A DNA stretch of 64,000 bases, from sequence record CP060166.1, one strand, 5' to 3'. How positions within the stretch are numbered: the first letter of the stretch is position 1; each line of letters begins with the position of its first letter. Source of the stretch: a plasmid. The notes under the pieces are model-generated. The model was not told the origin of the DNA, did not search any database, and was given only the letters and a program-made list of their open reading frames with translations. Below are positions 31,592 through 41,485 of the stretch, in pieces. A program made the translations under genes and the position numbers.

Positions 31592-32797
31592 ATGGAAAAT
31601 ATTGAGCAGTTACGGAAAGTCGCCACACGTGCAGGTAAACTTCTGACATCCTTGAGCGAAAGTATCCGCCAGCAAAAAGAGGAATTGAAGCTTACCGAGT
31701 TCTATCAGGAATACAGCAAAGCCGCCCTATATAAGCTGCCTAAGCTCAGCAAAGGGAGTGTTGAGTATGCTGTGGCCGAAATGGAAGCCAGTGGCTACAT
31801 TTTTAAAAAGAAACCTTCTGGCAATACCATGAAGTACGCGATGACGATTCAGAACGTTATCGATCTGTATTTCCATCGTAAAGTGCCCAAGTACAGAGAT
31901 CGCTTCGATAAAGCTTTCACTATATTTGTATGTAACCTTAAAGGTGGCGGTTCCAAGACAGTTTCTACCGCTTCATTATCCCATGCATTTCGGGCTCATC
32001 CTCAGCTTCTGTTCGAAGACCTGCGTATCCTGGCCATCGATTTCGATCCGCAGGCATCTCTGACAATGTTCCTGAGCCATGAGAATTCAGTGGGCCTGGT
32101 TGAAAATACGGCTGCTCAGGCCATGCTCCAGAACGTGTCTCGTGAAGAATTACTTTCCGATTTCATCGTGTCGTCAATTATCCCGGGCGTTGATGTTATT
32201 CCCGCTTCCATTGACGATGCATTCCTTGCTGAAGGCTGGAAGGGATTGTGTGAGGAACATCTGCCAGGGCAAAATATTCATGCAGTGCTTAAAGAGAACA
32301 TTATCGACAAGCTCCGGTATGACTACGACTTTATCTTCCTTGATAGTGGTCCTCACCTCGATGCGTTCCTGAAAAACTGCATCGGAGCGGCAGACCTGAT
32401 GTTGACTCCACTTCCTCCGGCAACGGTTGATTTTCATTCTTCCCTGAAGTTTGTAGCCAGCCTTCCTGCGCTTATTGATTCGATCGAACAGGATGGACAC
32501 ACCTGCAATCTCATCGGGAATGTAGGTTTTATGTCCAAAATCCTGAACAAGTCTGATCACAAAATTTGCCATAGTCAGGCCAAAGAAGTATTCGGTGCCG
32601 ATATGCTCGACATGGTTCTGCCGAGGCTGGATGGCTTCGAGCGATGCGGGGAGACTTTTGACACAGTTATTTCCGCAAATCCAGCAACCTATGATGGAAG
32701 CACCGAGGCGCTTAAAAGCGCAAAATCAGCAGCGGAAGACTTTGCGAAGGCCGTATTTGATCGCATTGAGTTCATTCGTACTAATGGAGGTATGTGA
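31592..32797 (+). CDS. parA: type Ia partition ATPase ParA (P1 ParA / F SopA family, 401 aa)
   Basis: N-terminal HTH extension, then deviant Walker A KGGGSKT. Overlaps the parB start. Confidence 0.9.
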   Translation: MENIEQLRKVATRAGKLLTSLSESIRQQKEELKLTEFYQEYSKAALYKLPKLSKGSVEYAVAEMEASGYIFKKKPSGNTMKYAMTIQNVIDLYFHRKVPKYRDRFDKAFTIFVCNLKGGGSKTVSTASLSHAFRAHPQLLFEDLRILAIDFDPQASLTMFLSHENSVGLVENTAAQAMLQNVSREELLSDFIVSSIIPGVDVIPASIDDAFLAEGWKGLCEEHLPGQNIHAVLKENIIDKLRYDYDFIFLDSGPHLDAFLKNCIGAADLMLTPLPPATVDFHSSLKFVASLPALIDSIEQDGHTCNLIGNVGFMSKILNKSDHKICHSQAKEVFGADMLDMVLPRLDGFERCGETFDTVISANPATYDGSTEALKSAKSAAEDFAKAVFDRIEFIRTNGGM

Positions 32798-33771
32798 TGT
32801 CGAATGAGAGAAGAAAAACTATTGGCAGACAGTTAAATACCCAGGCGTCAATGGTTGAGATGACTGACACCCAAAGAAGTCAGGTATTTACCCTAAAAAC
32901 CGGCAGGAAGATAACGTTCAGGTTTGTTCGGGTACCTGCATCGGACGTTGAAAGTAAGACATTCGTAAACCAGGAAACCAACGGAAGAGATCAACTTGCT
33001 CTGACCAGGGAGTCCCTGAAATCTATTATCCAGACGATTAAGTTTCAGCAGTTCTTCCCCTGTATTGGCATTCAGCAAGGTGAAAGGATTGAGATACTGG
33101 ATGGTTCAAGACGGCGAGCCTCAGCGATTTATATCCGTACAGGCCTTGATGTAATGGTTACCAATGAACTTTTATCAGCTGATGAAGCTCGCCATCTGGC
33201 TAAAGATATCCAGACAGCTAAAGAGCATAACCTTCGGGAGATCGGCTTAAGATTGATGGCTCTGAAAGAGTCTGGATTCAATCAAAAGGAAATTGCTGAA
33301 CTGGAGGGGTTATCCCAGGCTAAGGTCACCAGGGCACTGCAGGCGGCAGCAGTACCGCAAGAATTGATTTCTCTGTTCCCGGTTCAGTCTGAGCTGTCGT
33401 TTAGTGACTATAAAATTCTGTTAGAGGTTAATGAAAAACTCAGTGAAAAGGGTTTAACGTCTGAAGGGCTCATTCAGTCTGTCTCAGATCAGCATGATGC
33501 AATTTTGAGTGACTACGAGCGACCAGACGACGAACAGAAATCCAGTATACTGAAATTGATTTCTCAGGCCTCTCAGGCATTGATAGCTCCGCCTCCTAAG
33601 GAAAAGTCAGTAATTTCCGCACTCTGGACCTTTGAAGAAAAGGACAAGTTCGCGCGCAAGCGTGTGAAAGGGCGTACGCTAACTTATGAGTTTAGTCGTA
33701 TGTCAAAAGTGGTTCAGGATGAACTGGACAAAGCTATCAACGAGGTCCTTGAGAGAAATTTGAGTCAATAA
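32794..33771 (+). CDS. parB: partition protein ParB (P1 ParB family, 325 aa)
   Basis: The ParB/Srx fold region, and the position downstream of parA followed by a parS-like site, point to ParB. Confidence 0.85.
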   Translation: MMSNERRKTIGRQLNTQASMVEMTDTQRSQVFTLKTGRKITFRFVRVPASDVESKTFVNQETNGRDQLALTRESLKSIIQTIKFQQFFPCIGIQQGERIEILDGSRRRASAIYIRTGLDVMVTNELLSADEARHLAKDIQTAKEHNLREIGLRLMALKESGFNQKEIAELEGLSQAKVTRALQAAAVPQELISLFPVQSELSFSDYKILLEVNEKLSEKGLTSEGLIQSVSDQHDAILSDYERPDDEQKSSILKLISQASQALIAPPPKEKSVISALWTFEEKDKFARKRVKGRTLTYEFSRMSKVVQDELDKAINEVLERNLSQ

Positions 33772-33870
33772 TTTCGCCACGGCGATTTCACATCTAACTT
33801 ATTGTAATTAAGTAATTTATATTGAGAATTTCAAGGTGAAATCGCCACAATTTCAAGTCAATTTCGCTGC
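33772..33870. other. P1-type parS centromere (box A heptamers ATTTCAC, box B TCGCCA, central AT-rich IHF-like site)
   Basis: ATTTCGCCACGGCGATTTCACATCTAACTTATTGTAATTAAGTAATTTATATTGAGAATTTCAAGGTGAAATCGCCACAATTTCAAG lies directly after the parB stop. Confidence 0.6.
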
Positions 33871-35127
33871 AGGAATATCTGCCCAACGTGTCGTATAAGC
33901 TGGCGAAAGTAGTTCCCTTTTCATCTGCCACTCGGGGGCAATCCCCCGACCGGCGAACCATATTTTCCCCTTGCCCGGATGGTTAATCCCATCCAGGACT
34001 TGCATCAGCTGCTCGCTCCGTTCCCGCGGCTGTACTTCATCAAACAAATTAAGCTGCGATACCCCGGTTGGCGTGAAATCGTTCAGCATACAGCCTGCCT
34101 TTGCGTAACGGTGACCATCCACCCAGATCCTGTCCAGAGCTCTGACGGCAGCGGCAATGATGTCCCGTGTATCCTGCGTGGGGATGAGCAGTTTTTCACT
34201 GGCCAGATTACCGTAGTAGGGCTCAGTTACGGCGAACGGCGATGTTTTCACAAACACGGCAATATGCCTGCAGAACTGCCGTTCCCCACGCAGCTTTTCG
34301 GCGGCACGTTCAGCGTGCTGACAGACTGCCTGCCGCATCGCTTCATAAGTCGTGACTCGTTCTCCAAAGCTTCTGCTGCAGACTATCTGCTGTTTGGGGG
34401 GCGGTGCTTCCTCCAGGGAAATACAGCTTTCTCCATTGAGTTCCCGGACCGTTCTCTCCAGAACCACATTAAAGTTTTTCCTGATGAACGTTGGATTCGC
34501 GCGGGCCAGCTGCAGTGCTGTGGTGATCCCCATTGTGTTCAGCTTCTTTGAGATCCTGCGGCCCACACCCCAGATTTCCTCCACCGGTTGCAGTGACAGC
34601 AGTTTCTCCGTTCGTTTCTGATTGTGTAACGTCAGGGCAAGCACGCCTCCGAACTGTGACCATTCTTTCGATGCCCATTGCGCGCTTTTAGCCAGCGTTT
34701 TGGTCGGTCCCATTCCGACGCCGATGGTCAGCCCTGTGCCGGAACGAACGTGCTCACGCAGCTGTCGGCCGAAATCCTCGAAATCGATGCAACTGTCTAT
34801 ACCGCGAATATCCAGAAACATCTCGTCAATGGAGTACTGCTCAACGCGTGGCGCCAGCTCTTCCAGGTGAACCATGACCCTGTTCGACATTGATGCGTAG
34901 AGGGCGTAATTACTGGAGAACGCGATAACCGGCTCCGGAAATTTCGCCGACCTCAGTTGAAACCACGGCACCCCCATTTTTATGCCCAGTTTTTTTGCTT
35001 CAGCGCTGCGCGCGATTACACAACCATCGTTGTTACTCAGGACCACCACAGACCTGTCACGCAAATCGGGGCGAAAGACCTTTTCGCAACTGGCATAGAA
35101 CGAGTTGACGTCAGCCAAAGCGAACAT
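33853..35127 (-). CDS. samB: UmuC-family translesion polymerase subunit (SamB/ImpB/MucB-like, 424 aa)
   Basis: MFALADVNSFYASCEKVFRPDLRDRSVVVLSNNDGCVIARSAEAKKLGIKMG... is a Y-family polymerase. Confidence 0.9.
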   Translation of the reverse strand: MFALADVNSFYASCEKVFRPDLRDRSVVVLSNNDGCVIARSAEAKKLGIKMGVPWFQLRSAKFPEPVIAFSSNYALYASMSNRVMVHLEELAPRVEQYSIDEMFLDIRGIDSCIDFEDFGRQLREHVRSGTGLTIGVGMGPTKTLAKSAQWASKEWSQFGGVLALTLHNQKRTEKLLSLQPVEEIWGVGRRISKKLNTMGITTALQLARANPTFIRKNFNVVLERTVRELNGESCISLEEAPPPKQQIVCSRSFGERVTTYEAMRQAVCQHAERAAEKLRGERQFCRHIAVFVKTSPFAVTEPYYGNLASEKLLIPTQDTRDIIAAAVRALDRIWVDGHRYAKAGCMLNDFTPTGVSQLNLFDEVQPRERSEQLMQVLDGINHPGKGKIWFAGRGIAPEWQMKRELLSPAYTTRWADIPAAKLT

Positions 35128-35549
35128 CAGTCTGTGCTCCGGGTTTTGTGTATAAAAGCCGTCACCACCCCGAAAATCTGCAGTTCTTCCGGATAAAGCG
35201 TGGGGTAGGCCGGATTAATCGGCAGCAGGGCGATACGGGGCTTCAACTGCAGGCGCTTAACGGTGAACTCGCCATCTGTTTCCGCGATGACAATATCCCC
35301 CTGCATGGGTTTCTCAGCTTTGTCGACAACCATTAAATCGCCGGAATGCAGACCCATTTCTTTCATCGAATCCCCGATAGCCCTGACGAAGAATGTTGCA
35401 GCCGGACGCCGTATACAGTAGGCATTCAGATCCAGTTCCTCCTCTGTGTAATCGGCGGCCGGCGACGGAAACCCCGCCGGGCAACGTTCGGTGAACAGCG
35501 GGGCAGTGGACTGTACCGGCTCCTGTTCGGGTGCTACAAGCAGTAACAT
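35127..35549 (-). CDS. samA: UmuD-family protein (SamA/MucA-like, 140 aa)
   Basis: LexA-like self-cleavage region (CPAGFPSPAADY...AIGDSM...K) upstream of the umuC homologue, with overlapping stop/start. Confidence 0.9.
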   Translation of the reverse strand: MLLLVAPEQEPVQSTAPLFTERCPAGFPSPAADYTEEELDLNAYCIRRPAATFFVRAIGDSMKEMGLHSGDLMVVDKAEKPMQGDIVIAETDGEFTVKRLQLKPRIALLPINPAYPTLYPEELQIFGVVTAFIHKTRSTD

Positions 35550-35569
35550 GGCATACCTCTTAAAATGCC

Positions 35570-35585
35570 TGTTTTTATATACAGC
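35570..35585. promoter_or_regulatory. LexA (SOS) box CTGTTTTTATATACAG upstream of samA
   Basis: Perfect CTGT-N8-ACAG palindrome ~20 bp upstream of the samA start. Confidence 0.65.
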
Positions 35586-35894
35586 ATTATTTAAGATATT
35601 TTCTGTCCTGCAAGTGAAATTTTACTGTTTCCCCTCAGATAACTGTTCTGCCTGGAAAAACAGATGTCAGGTTATCCACAGAATCAGTTAATAACCCTGT
35701 GGAGGAGCAACGCAGAACTGTTGGTATGTCATCTGTCCTCCTCTGGTGTTTCCCTTCAGCTCCTGTTGTCACCCCGGCCATTCCTGCACACCTGATGCTG
35801 ACTGCCACCCGCTGCCAGTGTGCCGCGTCCGGCCTGTCACGGGACGGGCGCTGGCGTCGTTGTGATTGTACTCCATACCCTCGCCAGTTTAAGG

Positions 35895-36035
35895 GCGCCC
35901 TTCAAGCCGCTTTCGCGGCATAAGCTCGCCGACGATGAGAATTGTCGGCTCGTTATTCCACGGTCGGCGTTGACCCGTTACCGGACGCGACGAACAGGCA
36001 GCGTGCGGCAGGGAACGGTATCGCGGTGATGCCTC
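35895..36035. repeat. Frpo/ssi-like leading-region repeat, copy 1 (putative single-strand promoter hairpin)
   Basis: ~90% identical over >100 bp to 37090-37240 (GCCCTTCAAGCCGCTTTCGCGGCATAAGCTCGCCGACGATGAGAATTGTCGGCTCGTTATTCCACGGTCGG...). It contains internal inverted repeats and lies upstream of a + strand ORF. Confidence 0.5.
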
Positions 36036-36059
36036 CTGCCGGATGTTGAGGAAAATCTT

Positions 36060-36530
36060 ATGTTCAGAGTGACCTGTATCGACCTGGAAAATGGCGAGTT
36101 TGCGCTTTATATCAACGGACATTATCTGTCCAGTGAAGACGGCAGCGGCGAGAAGCTGTACCTGGGGGATATTCTGGAACGTTTATCCCGTCTGCCTGGT
36201 GTGACCACGGAAACCGTGGAGCGACCAGTACCAGACAGTGATGAGTGGAGCTGGAACGATGTGGCAGACAGTGTTTTTCCGGCCTGTATCACGCTGTCCC
36301 GCAATATGACAGTCGCTGCGTTTAAACAGCGTCTTTCCCGGTTTCCTGATGATGCGCTGTGCTGCGGTACGTTCTGGCTGGCCAGTGATTTTCTGGCGCT
36401 GGACAGTTCGCTCACGGAAGACGATATCGATGCGGCGATGGAGCTGGCACAGCACTGCCATGATGCGAATGACGGGTTCAACTGGAGCCATCTGCAATGG
36501 GCAATCGATGAGGTGAAGCGCGGTGGATAA
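36060..36530 (+). CDS. hypothetical leading-region protein (156 aa)
   Basis: ORF directly downstream of the Frpo-like repeat. Acidic, no known motif. Overlaps the next ORF by 8 nt. Confidence 0.5.
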   Translation: MFRVTCIDLENGEFALYINGHYLSSEDGSGEKLYLGDILERLSRLPGVTTETVERPVPDSDEWSWNDVADSVFPACITLSRNMTVAAFKQRLSRFPDDALCCGTFWLASDFLALDSSLTEDDIDAAMELAQHCHDANDGFNWSHLQWAIDEVKRGG

Positions 36531-36879
36531 TAATTCAAACATTAATGATACCTGGCTTGTTGGCCTGAGTGTCGACGTCAATGGCACTGAAATGATGGTG
36601 CATTACCTGGTTTCCGCGACTGACCTGGAGCATGCCGAAGCGGGTGTTCTGCAAATGGGGCGCACCTGGTGGCCATCGTTGAAACGCGAGGATGACCGGC
36701 ATCGGTGGGAATATGAAACAGGCGTGGTCTGGTTTAACAGCATCATTCTGCTCGATGACGTGGAAAACAGTATCCTGCGTGGTCTGAAGTTCCTCGATGC
36801 GTGGACAGTGACCGGCTCAACGGATGCGCCGGTACTGCGCGATGAGTGGGGGAATGACTGGCGGGATATCACCCGCTGA
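36523..36879 (+). CDS. hypothetical leading-region protein (118 aa)
   Basis: Translationally coupled to the previous ORF (ATGGATAATAA overlap). Confidence 0.45.
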   Translation: MDNNSNINDTWLVGLSVDVNGTEMMVHYLVSATDLEHAEAGVLQMGRTWWPSLKREDDRHRWEYETGVVWFNSIILLDDVENSILRGLKFLDAWTVTGSTDAPVLRDEWGNDWRDITR

Positions 36880-37089
36880 TAATCTGCCGGGCAGTACGTC
36901 TGCCTGGTACTTCCTGAATGAATAATGATGTCGCGCAGCTCCTCTTTTTTCGGCGCCAGCGCCGGCGGCGCGGGAGCAACGCTGCCTGTGGTCAGTATCC
37001 CGCGTCCGGCCGGGCACGGGACGGGCGATTTTTCTGCTCCTGCCGGGCGCTGTCGCTATTATGCGCCCGGCACTCGCCTTCTGATGAAC

Positions 37090-37240
37090 GCCCTTCAAGC
37101 CGCTTTCGCGGCATAAACTCACCGACGGTGAGGACTGTCGGCTCGTTATTCCACGGTCGGCCTGACCCGTTACCGGACGCGGTGAACAGCCCACAGGCAG
37201 CGGGGAACGGGCGTCACAGGGACGCCCTCCCGGTGCCTCC
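37090..37240. repeat. Frpo/ssi-like leading-region repeat, copy 2
   Basis: See copy 1. Lies immediately upstream of the methyltransferase gene. Confidence 0.5.
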
Positions 37241-37260
37241 TGTAACCGCGAGGAATCTCT

Positions 37261-37941
37261 ATGTCCCGTTTAATCCTGGGGAACTGTGTCGATATTATGT
37301 CCGGCTTTCCGGAGCGCGCCGTCGATTTCATTCTGACCGACCCGCCTTACCTTGTCGGATTCCGTGACCGTTCCGGCCGCAGTATTGCCGGTGACAGAAC
37401 CGACGAGTGGCTGCAACCCGCCTGTAACCAGATGTACCGCGTACTCAAAAAAGATGCGCTGCTGGTCAGTTTCTACGGCTGGAACCGCGTGGACCGTTTC
37501 ATGGCGGCCTGGAAAAGTGCCGGTTTCAGCGTGGTCGGACACCTGGTATTCACCAAAAACTACTCGTCAAAATCCGCGTATGTCGGCTACCGCCATGAAT
37601 GCGCTTACGTGCTGGCGAAAGGCCGTCCGGCCCTGCCACAGAACCCGCTGCCGGATGTCCTCGGCTGGAAGTATTCCGGCAATCGCCACCACCCGACGGA
37701 AAAGCCCGTTACCAGCCTGCAACCGCTGATTGAGTCTTTCACACACACGAACGCCATTGTTCTCGACCCGTTTGCCGGCTCCGCCTCCACCTGCGTTGCC
37801 GCGTTACAGGCGGGGCGCAGATATATCGGTATCGAGCTGATGGAGCAGTACCACAAAGCCGGGATTGAGCGCCTGACAGCCGTACAGCGCGCCATGCAAC
37901 GCCCGGCCGCCAACGACGTCTTTTATCCGGAGGCCGCGTAA
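37261..37941 (+). CDS. orphan DNA methyltransferase (N6-adenine/N4-cytosine type, DPPY motif, 226 aa)
   Basis: DFILTDPPYLVGF (motif IV) near the N-terminus and VLDPFAGSASTCVAALQAGRRYIGIE (motif I) near the C-terminus give the beta-class permuted order. No adjacent restriction gene. Confidence 0.8.
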   Translation: MSRLILGNCVDIMSGFPERAVDFILTDPPYLVGFRDRSGRSIAGDRTDEWLQPACNQMYRVLKKDALLVSFYGWNRVDRFMAAWKSAGFSVVGHLVFTKNYSSKSAYVGYRHECAYVLAKGRPALPQNPLPDVLGWKYSGNRHHPTEKPVTSLQPLIESFTHTNAIVLDPFAGSASTCVAALQAGRRYIGIELMEQYHKAGIERLTAVQRAMQRPAANDVFYPEAA

Positions 37942-38162
37942 TGAACTATTCCGGACACGAAAAACTCCGCGCAGAAGTGGCGGCGCTGGCCAACAGCATG
38001 TGCGACCTGCGCGCCACCCTGAAAGTGCTGGAAGAGCGTTATCACTGGCAGCGTCACGGACTTACTGAACGACTGGCCGGGCAGAGTCTGCGGCGTATCA
38101 ACACCCTGCTGGATGAAGCGTACAACGAAAGCCTGATGCTCAATGAGTGTTTTAAAGACTGA
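37941..38162 (+). CDS. hypothetical small protein (73 aa), start overlaps the methyltransferase stop
   Basis: ORF with an ATGA start/stop overlap. Coiled-coil-like. Confidence 0.35.
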   Translation: MNYSGHEKLRAEVAALANSMCDLRATLKVLEERYHWQRHGLTERLAGQSLRRINTLLDEAYNESLMLNECFKD

Positions 38163-38217
38163 CAGATGACGAGACCACGGGCGGCGGTGCCGCCCCACTG
38201 AACCAACGGAGAAAATC

Positions 38218-38631
38218 ATGATGTATGGCACACGTAAAGAACTGAACTCAAAGCTGAAACGCATGTTTGGCAACGACGAGCGTTTTGCCCTGCTGATCTG
38301 GACGAAGCAGGACGTTATGTCACTGACTCAGGCGATGACCGAAGTGGAGGCCGATGCGATTTTGCGTGAGATTGGCCGAAAAGGTATGGGCGAACATACC
38401 GGAGACGGTATTTCAGACAGCACGGTACAGGCGCTGTACGCCGGATTACGGACTGAAATCCCGACCGTCAGTGTTCCCGCCGACCTGCTGGCAAGGGTGA
38501 CGAATATCGCCGGGCGGGCGCTGGATACGGAGGACGCTCAGGCCTGGCCTCTTGTATGTCAGGAGTACCCCGGCGTTGCCGACGCTCAGGTCGATATTGC
38601 GCGGCTCAGGCAACTGGCGCTGGCGGCGTAA
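38218..38631 (+). CDS. hypothetical leading-region protein (137 aa), paralogue of ORF 40464-40898
   Basis: Shares the pattern ...IW...DV...T..E..A.LR.IG... with the 144-aa ORF at 40464. Confidence 0.45.
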   Translation: MMYGTRKELNSKLKRMFGNDERFALLIWTKQDVMSLTQAMTEVEADAILREIGRKGMGEHTGDGISDSTVQALYAGLRTEIPTVSVPADLLARVTNIAGRALDTEDAQAWPLVCQEYPGVADAQVDIARLRQLALAA

Positions 38632-38702
38632 CGTACCACCCCGTACCGGGTGACGGGCGGGGTATCAATCACAACTGTATGAACACGAAGAGGAACAACA
38701 CA

Positions 38703-39467
38703 ATGAGAAACACGCTCAGTACGCTGATAGTGCGCCACGGAGATAATCTGTTACGCCGGTCCGGCTGGCCCGAAACCGTCGGCGTGACGCAGGTGGCCCC
38801 CGGTGTGGTGCCCGGCTGGCTGGCCGTCTGCGGTGTGCTCAGTGCTGCCGAAATCTTGGCACTGACGACGCATCTTTGTCAGCCCCTTAATTATGGACGG
38901 GCGCAACTGCTGACGGCCAGTGCGCAGCGGCTGGCGGGGACGCCAGTCCGGTTACATCTGTACCCGGTACAGGCATATCCGCACCCTGCCACAGTACGCG
39001 AATGCACTGAAATTCGCCTTCCGTATGCTCAGGAGTGGCTGACCACGGACGAATATGCCGACCTGCTGGCGTTCCTGAAAGCGTCCGCTGACCGGGTATG
39101 TGAAATTGTCCGCCAGGATACGAAGCGCATCGCGGCGGCGCTGGCACCGTCCGGCGAGTCCCGCCTGATGGAAAAACGCATCGGGAACTGGCGGTTACTG
39201 GCCGATGAATACGACCATGATAACTGGCTTGACGAAGAGGACGAGGACGGACTGGATAAGGTGCTGGACGCGGTACTGGTACGTAACGCCCGTTTCTGCC
39301 CGGTGCTGCTGACGCTGGTTAATGAGCCGGAGGAAGAAATCGAAGCCGCCGGCGTGATAACCGACTGTTTGCGCTTCCCGGGGGAACCGAACCGCCGCTG
39401 GCTTGACCGCCGCGTGCTCCGGGATGTGGTGAACGAAGCCCGGAGTTTCACAGGCAACATCCGTTAA
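38703..39467 (+). CDS. hypothetical leading-region protein (~254 aa; track ORF begins at 38556)
   Basis: The Met at 38703 is preceded by GAAGAGGAACA. Acidic C-terminal region. No assignable domain. Confidence 0.4.
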   Translation: MRNTLSTLIVRHGDNLLRRSGWPETVGVTQVAPGVVPGWLAVCGVLSAAEILALTTHLCQPLNYGRAQLLTASAQRLAGTPVRLHLYPVQAYPHPATVRECTEIRLPYAQEWLTTDEYADLLAFLKASADRVCEIVRQDTKRIAAALAPSGESRLMEKRIGNWRLLADEYDHDNWLDEEDEDGLDKVLDAVLVRNARFCPVLLTLVNEPEEEIEAAGVITDCLRFPGEPNRRWLDRRVLRDVVNEARSFTGNIR

Positions 39468-39962
39468 ATAAGCTGTGTGCGGTGAACGATAAGCTGTAAA
39501 CGGTAACGAGAAAGAAAAGAGAAGGGGAGGTCTCCTTCTCTTTTTTCAGTTTTTCAGCCGGCGACTGCGACGATGCCGGGGACGACAGGCAAAACAGGCA
39601 AAAGGATGTCGCCTTTTCGGCTCCGCATTCACCCGGCTCAGGCCTGCCGGCCGTCGCCTTGTGGTTTTCCACTCTGACAGTCCTGTGTCGTGTGCGGGCT
39701 GTGCCGTGCATCCATCGTAGTCGGGCTGTCGTGGATACAAGGGTAAAGTGCACGCGGCGGTCACCCGGTCCTTCCTTCACGTCAGCCGCGATCTTCCGGT
39801 CGTTCGACCGTTCAGGTTTCACGGTCTCACCCTTCAGCTCCCGTCTTCCGTGCGCGTCAGGCTGCGGCTTCCCTTGCGCCCTTGCATCCACGATTGATCG
39901 CCCGACTGGTATGGATGCACGGCACCGCCCGGTGTCGCGGAATATGTGATTACGGAGGTTTT

Positions 39963-40397
39963 ATGCAGTATTCAAATCAGCAACGTGCGCGTGTTATTAA
40001 CGTTGAAGAATCCGACCGCCTGTCTTTCCTGCCGTACATGTTCGGCAACGATTTTATGCTGGCTGAATTACAGTTATATGCCCTGGCGAAAAAATGGATG
40101 CCTGAATACAACGGTGGTTTCTGGCATTTTATCCGTCTGCCGGAAGGCGGCGGATACATGATGCCCGACTGCGATCGGGTACACATGATCAACGGTGAAA
40201 ACTGGTTTGATCGTACCGTCAGCGCCGACGCTGCCGGAATTATTCTGACTTCGCTCGCCATTAACCGCCGTTGCTGGACGCATCACGACTGCGGCAACGC
40301 TGCGCTCACTCGCCTGTATATGCTGCGTGATACCCAGCTCTGGAATCACATTACGTTTCACCCTGAATGCAACGCTATTTACGCCGCGCTCGACTGA
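39963..40397 (+). CDS. hypothetical leading-region protein (144 aa), possibly antirestriction-family
   Basis: The Met at 39963 is preceded by GGAGG. Its size and leading-region position fit antirestriction-like proteins, but I cannot confirm the family. Confidence 0.35.
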   Translation: MQYSNQQRARVINVEESDRLSFLPYMFGNDFMLAELQLYALAKKWMPEYNGGFWHFIRLPEGGGYMMPDCDRVHMINGENWFDRTVSADAAGIILTSLAINRRCWTHHDCGNAALTRLYMLRDTQLWNHITFHPECNAIYAALD

Positions 40398-40463
40398 TTA
40401 ACCGACGGGGCGGCGATGCCGCCCCGCTGTAACTGTCATTCATTGATTTAAGAGGAGTCTGTT

Positions 40464-40898
40464 ATGTACGGAACCGTCAGCACCATCTGCTGCGACTTAC
40501 TGAAAGTGTATGAGAATCACGAAAAAATCGCTGTCATCATCTGGTGTGAAGGCGATGTGCGGGAAATGGGGGCGGAGTTTAATCCGACCGCTGATGACAT
40601 ACAGGCCGTACTGCGCGCCATTGGCGAGTCGGACAGTGATGCGCTCTGGCGTGATGGTATTGGCCAGAATTTTGTTGAGGGTGTATTACGCGAGTTAGTC
40701 GCACTGCGCCCACCGCGCCAGATTGCTGTACCTGAAGATGTGCTGCGCACGCTTTTACCCCTGATGGAAGCCGGAATGAACCTTCCTCGTTACCAGACGC
40801 AGGACAGGGCTGCTGAAGAAGAAACCGCGCTGGATACGTTGCGATACCTGCTTTCCACAAATATCCCGGCGCATAACCTGACCGAAGGAAACTACTGA
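40464..40898 (+). CDS. hypothetical leading-region protein (144 aa), paralogue of 38218-38631
   Basis: See 38218. Confidence 0.45.
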   Translation: MYGTVSTICCDLLKVYENHEKIAVIIWCEGDVREMGAEFNPTADDIQAVLRAIGESDSDALWRDGIGQNFVEGVLRELVALRPPRQIAVPEDVLRTLLPLMEAGMNLPRYQTQDRAAEEETALDTLRYLLSTNIPAHNLTEGNY

Positions 40899-41133
40899 CA
40901 GATATTAGTGCGCCGTGTACACCGGTGGTCACTTCCTCTTACAGGGCGGAAAAAGCAGTCAGGCATGATGGCAGGCGGGGAGGGCGCCTGTCAGCCCGCG
41001 CGAAAAAACCTGCAGGCTGGCGCCTGCGGGGGGAAGGACAGGGGCCGCGCTTCGCGCCGCTCCCTGCCCTTTTCCCCCTCTGCCTCTGATGGCGTACACT
41101 TACAGCCGGTTTCCATTTCTGTCGGAGGATGTG

Positions 41134-41457
41134 ATGTCCGGACTGAATCTGGCGGCAACAACTAAAGAAGAGCAGGATAAAGTGGCCATTGACCTGGTTG
41201 CTTCAGGCGTGGTCTATAAAGAAAGGCTGGCGATGCCGGTGGTCGCTGAGCTTGTCGTCAGAGAACAGCCTGAGCATTTGAGAGAGTATTTCCGGGCGCG
41301 GCTGGAGTATTTGCGCAACTCCCGGACAAGAATGCCCCGGAATATGCCAGAAAAGAGGATGAGGTTAAAAAATAGCGCCATTCCTGATGCATTCTGCCTG
41401 TCGCTGGCCGGATTTTACGCATGCCGGGTGATGTTTTTTTCTGGCCGGGGTGTGTGA
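41134..41457 (+). CDS. hypothetical protein (~107 aa)
   Basis: ORF preceded by a GGAGG-like site (track ORF from 41089). Confidence 0.3.
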   Translation: MSGLNLAATTKEEQDKVAIDLVASGVVYKERLAMPVVAELVVREQPEHLREYFRARLEYLRNSRTRMPRNMPEKRMRLKNSAIPDAFCLSLAGFYACRVMFFSGRGV

Positions 41458-41485
41458 TTTTCTTCCTGCCGGTGATAATACGCTG

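Noticed and set aside
35699-35923. Short ORFs ending ...ALQAAFAA inside both Frpo-like repeats (35699-35923 and 36925-37116)
   Set aside because: The shared C-terminus is a by-product of the DNA repeat. The upstream parts are unrelated and lack RBS. I interpret the repeats as non-coding ssDNA promoter elements.
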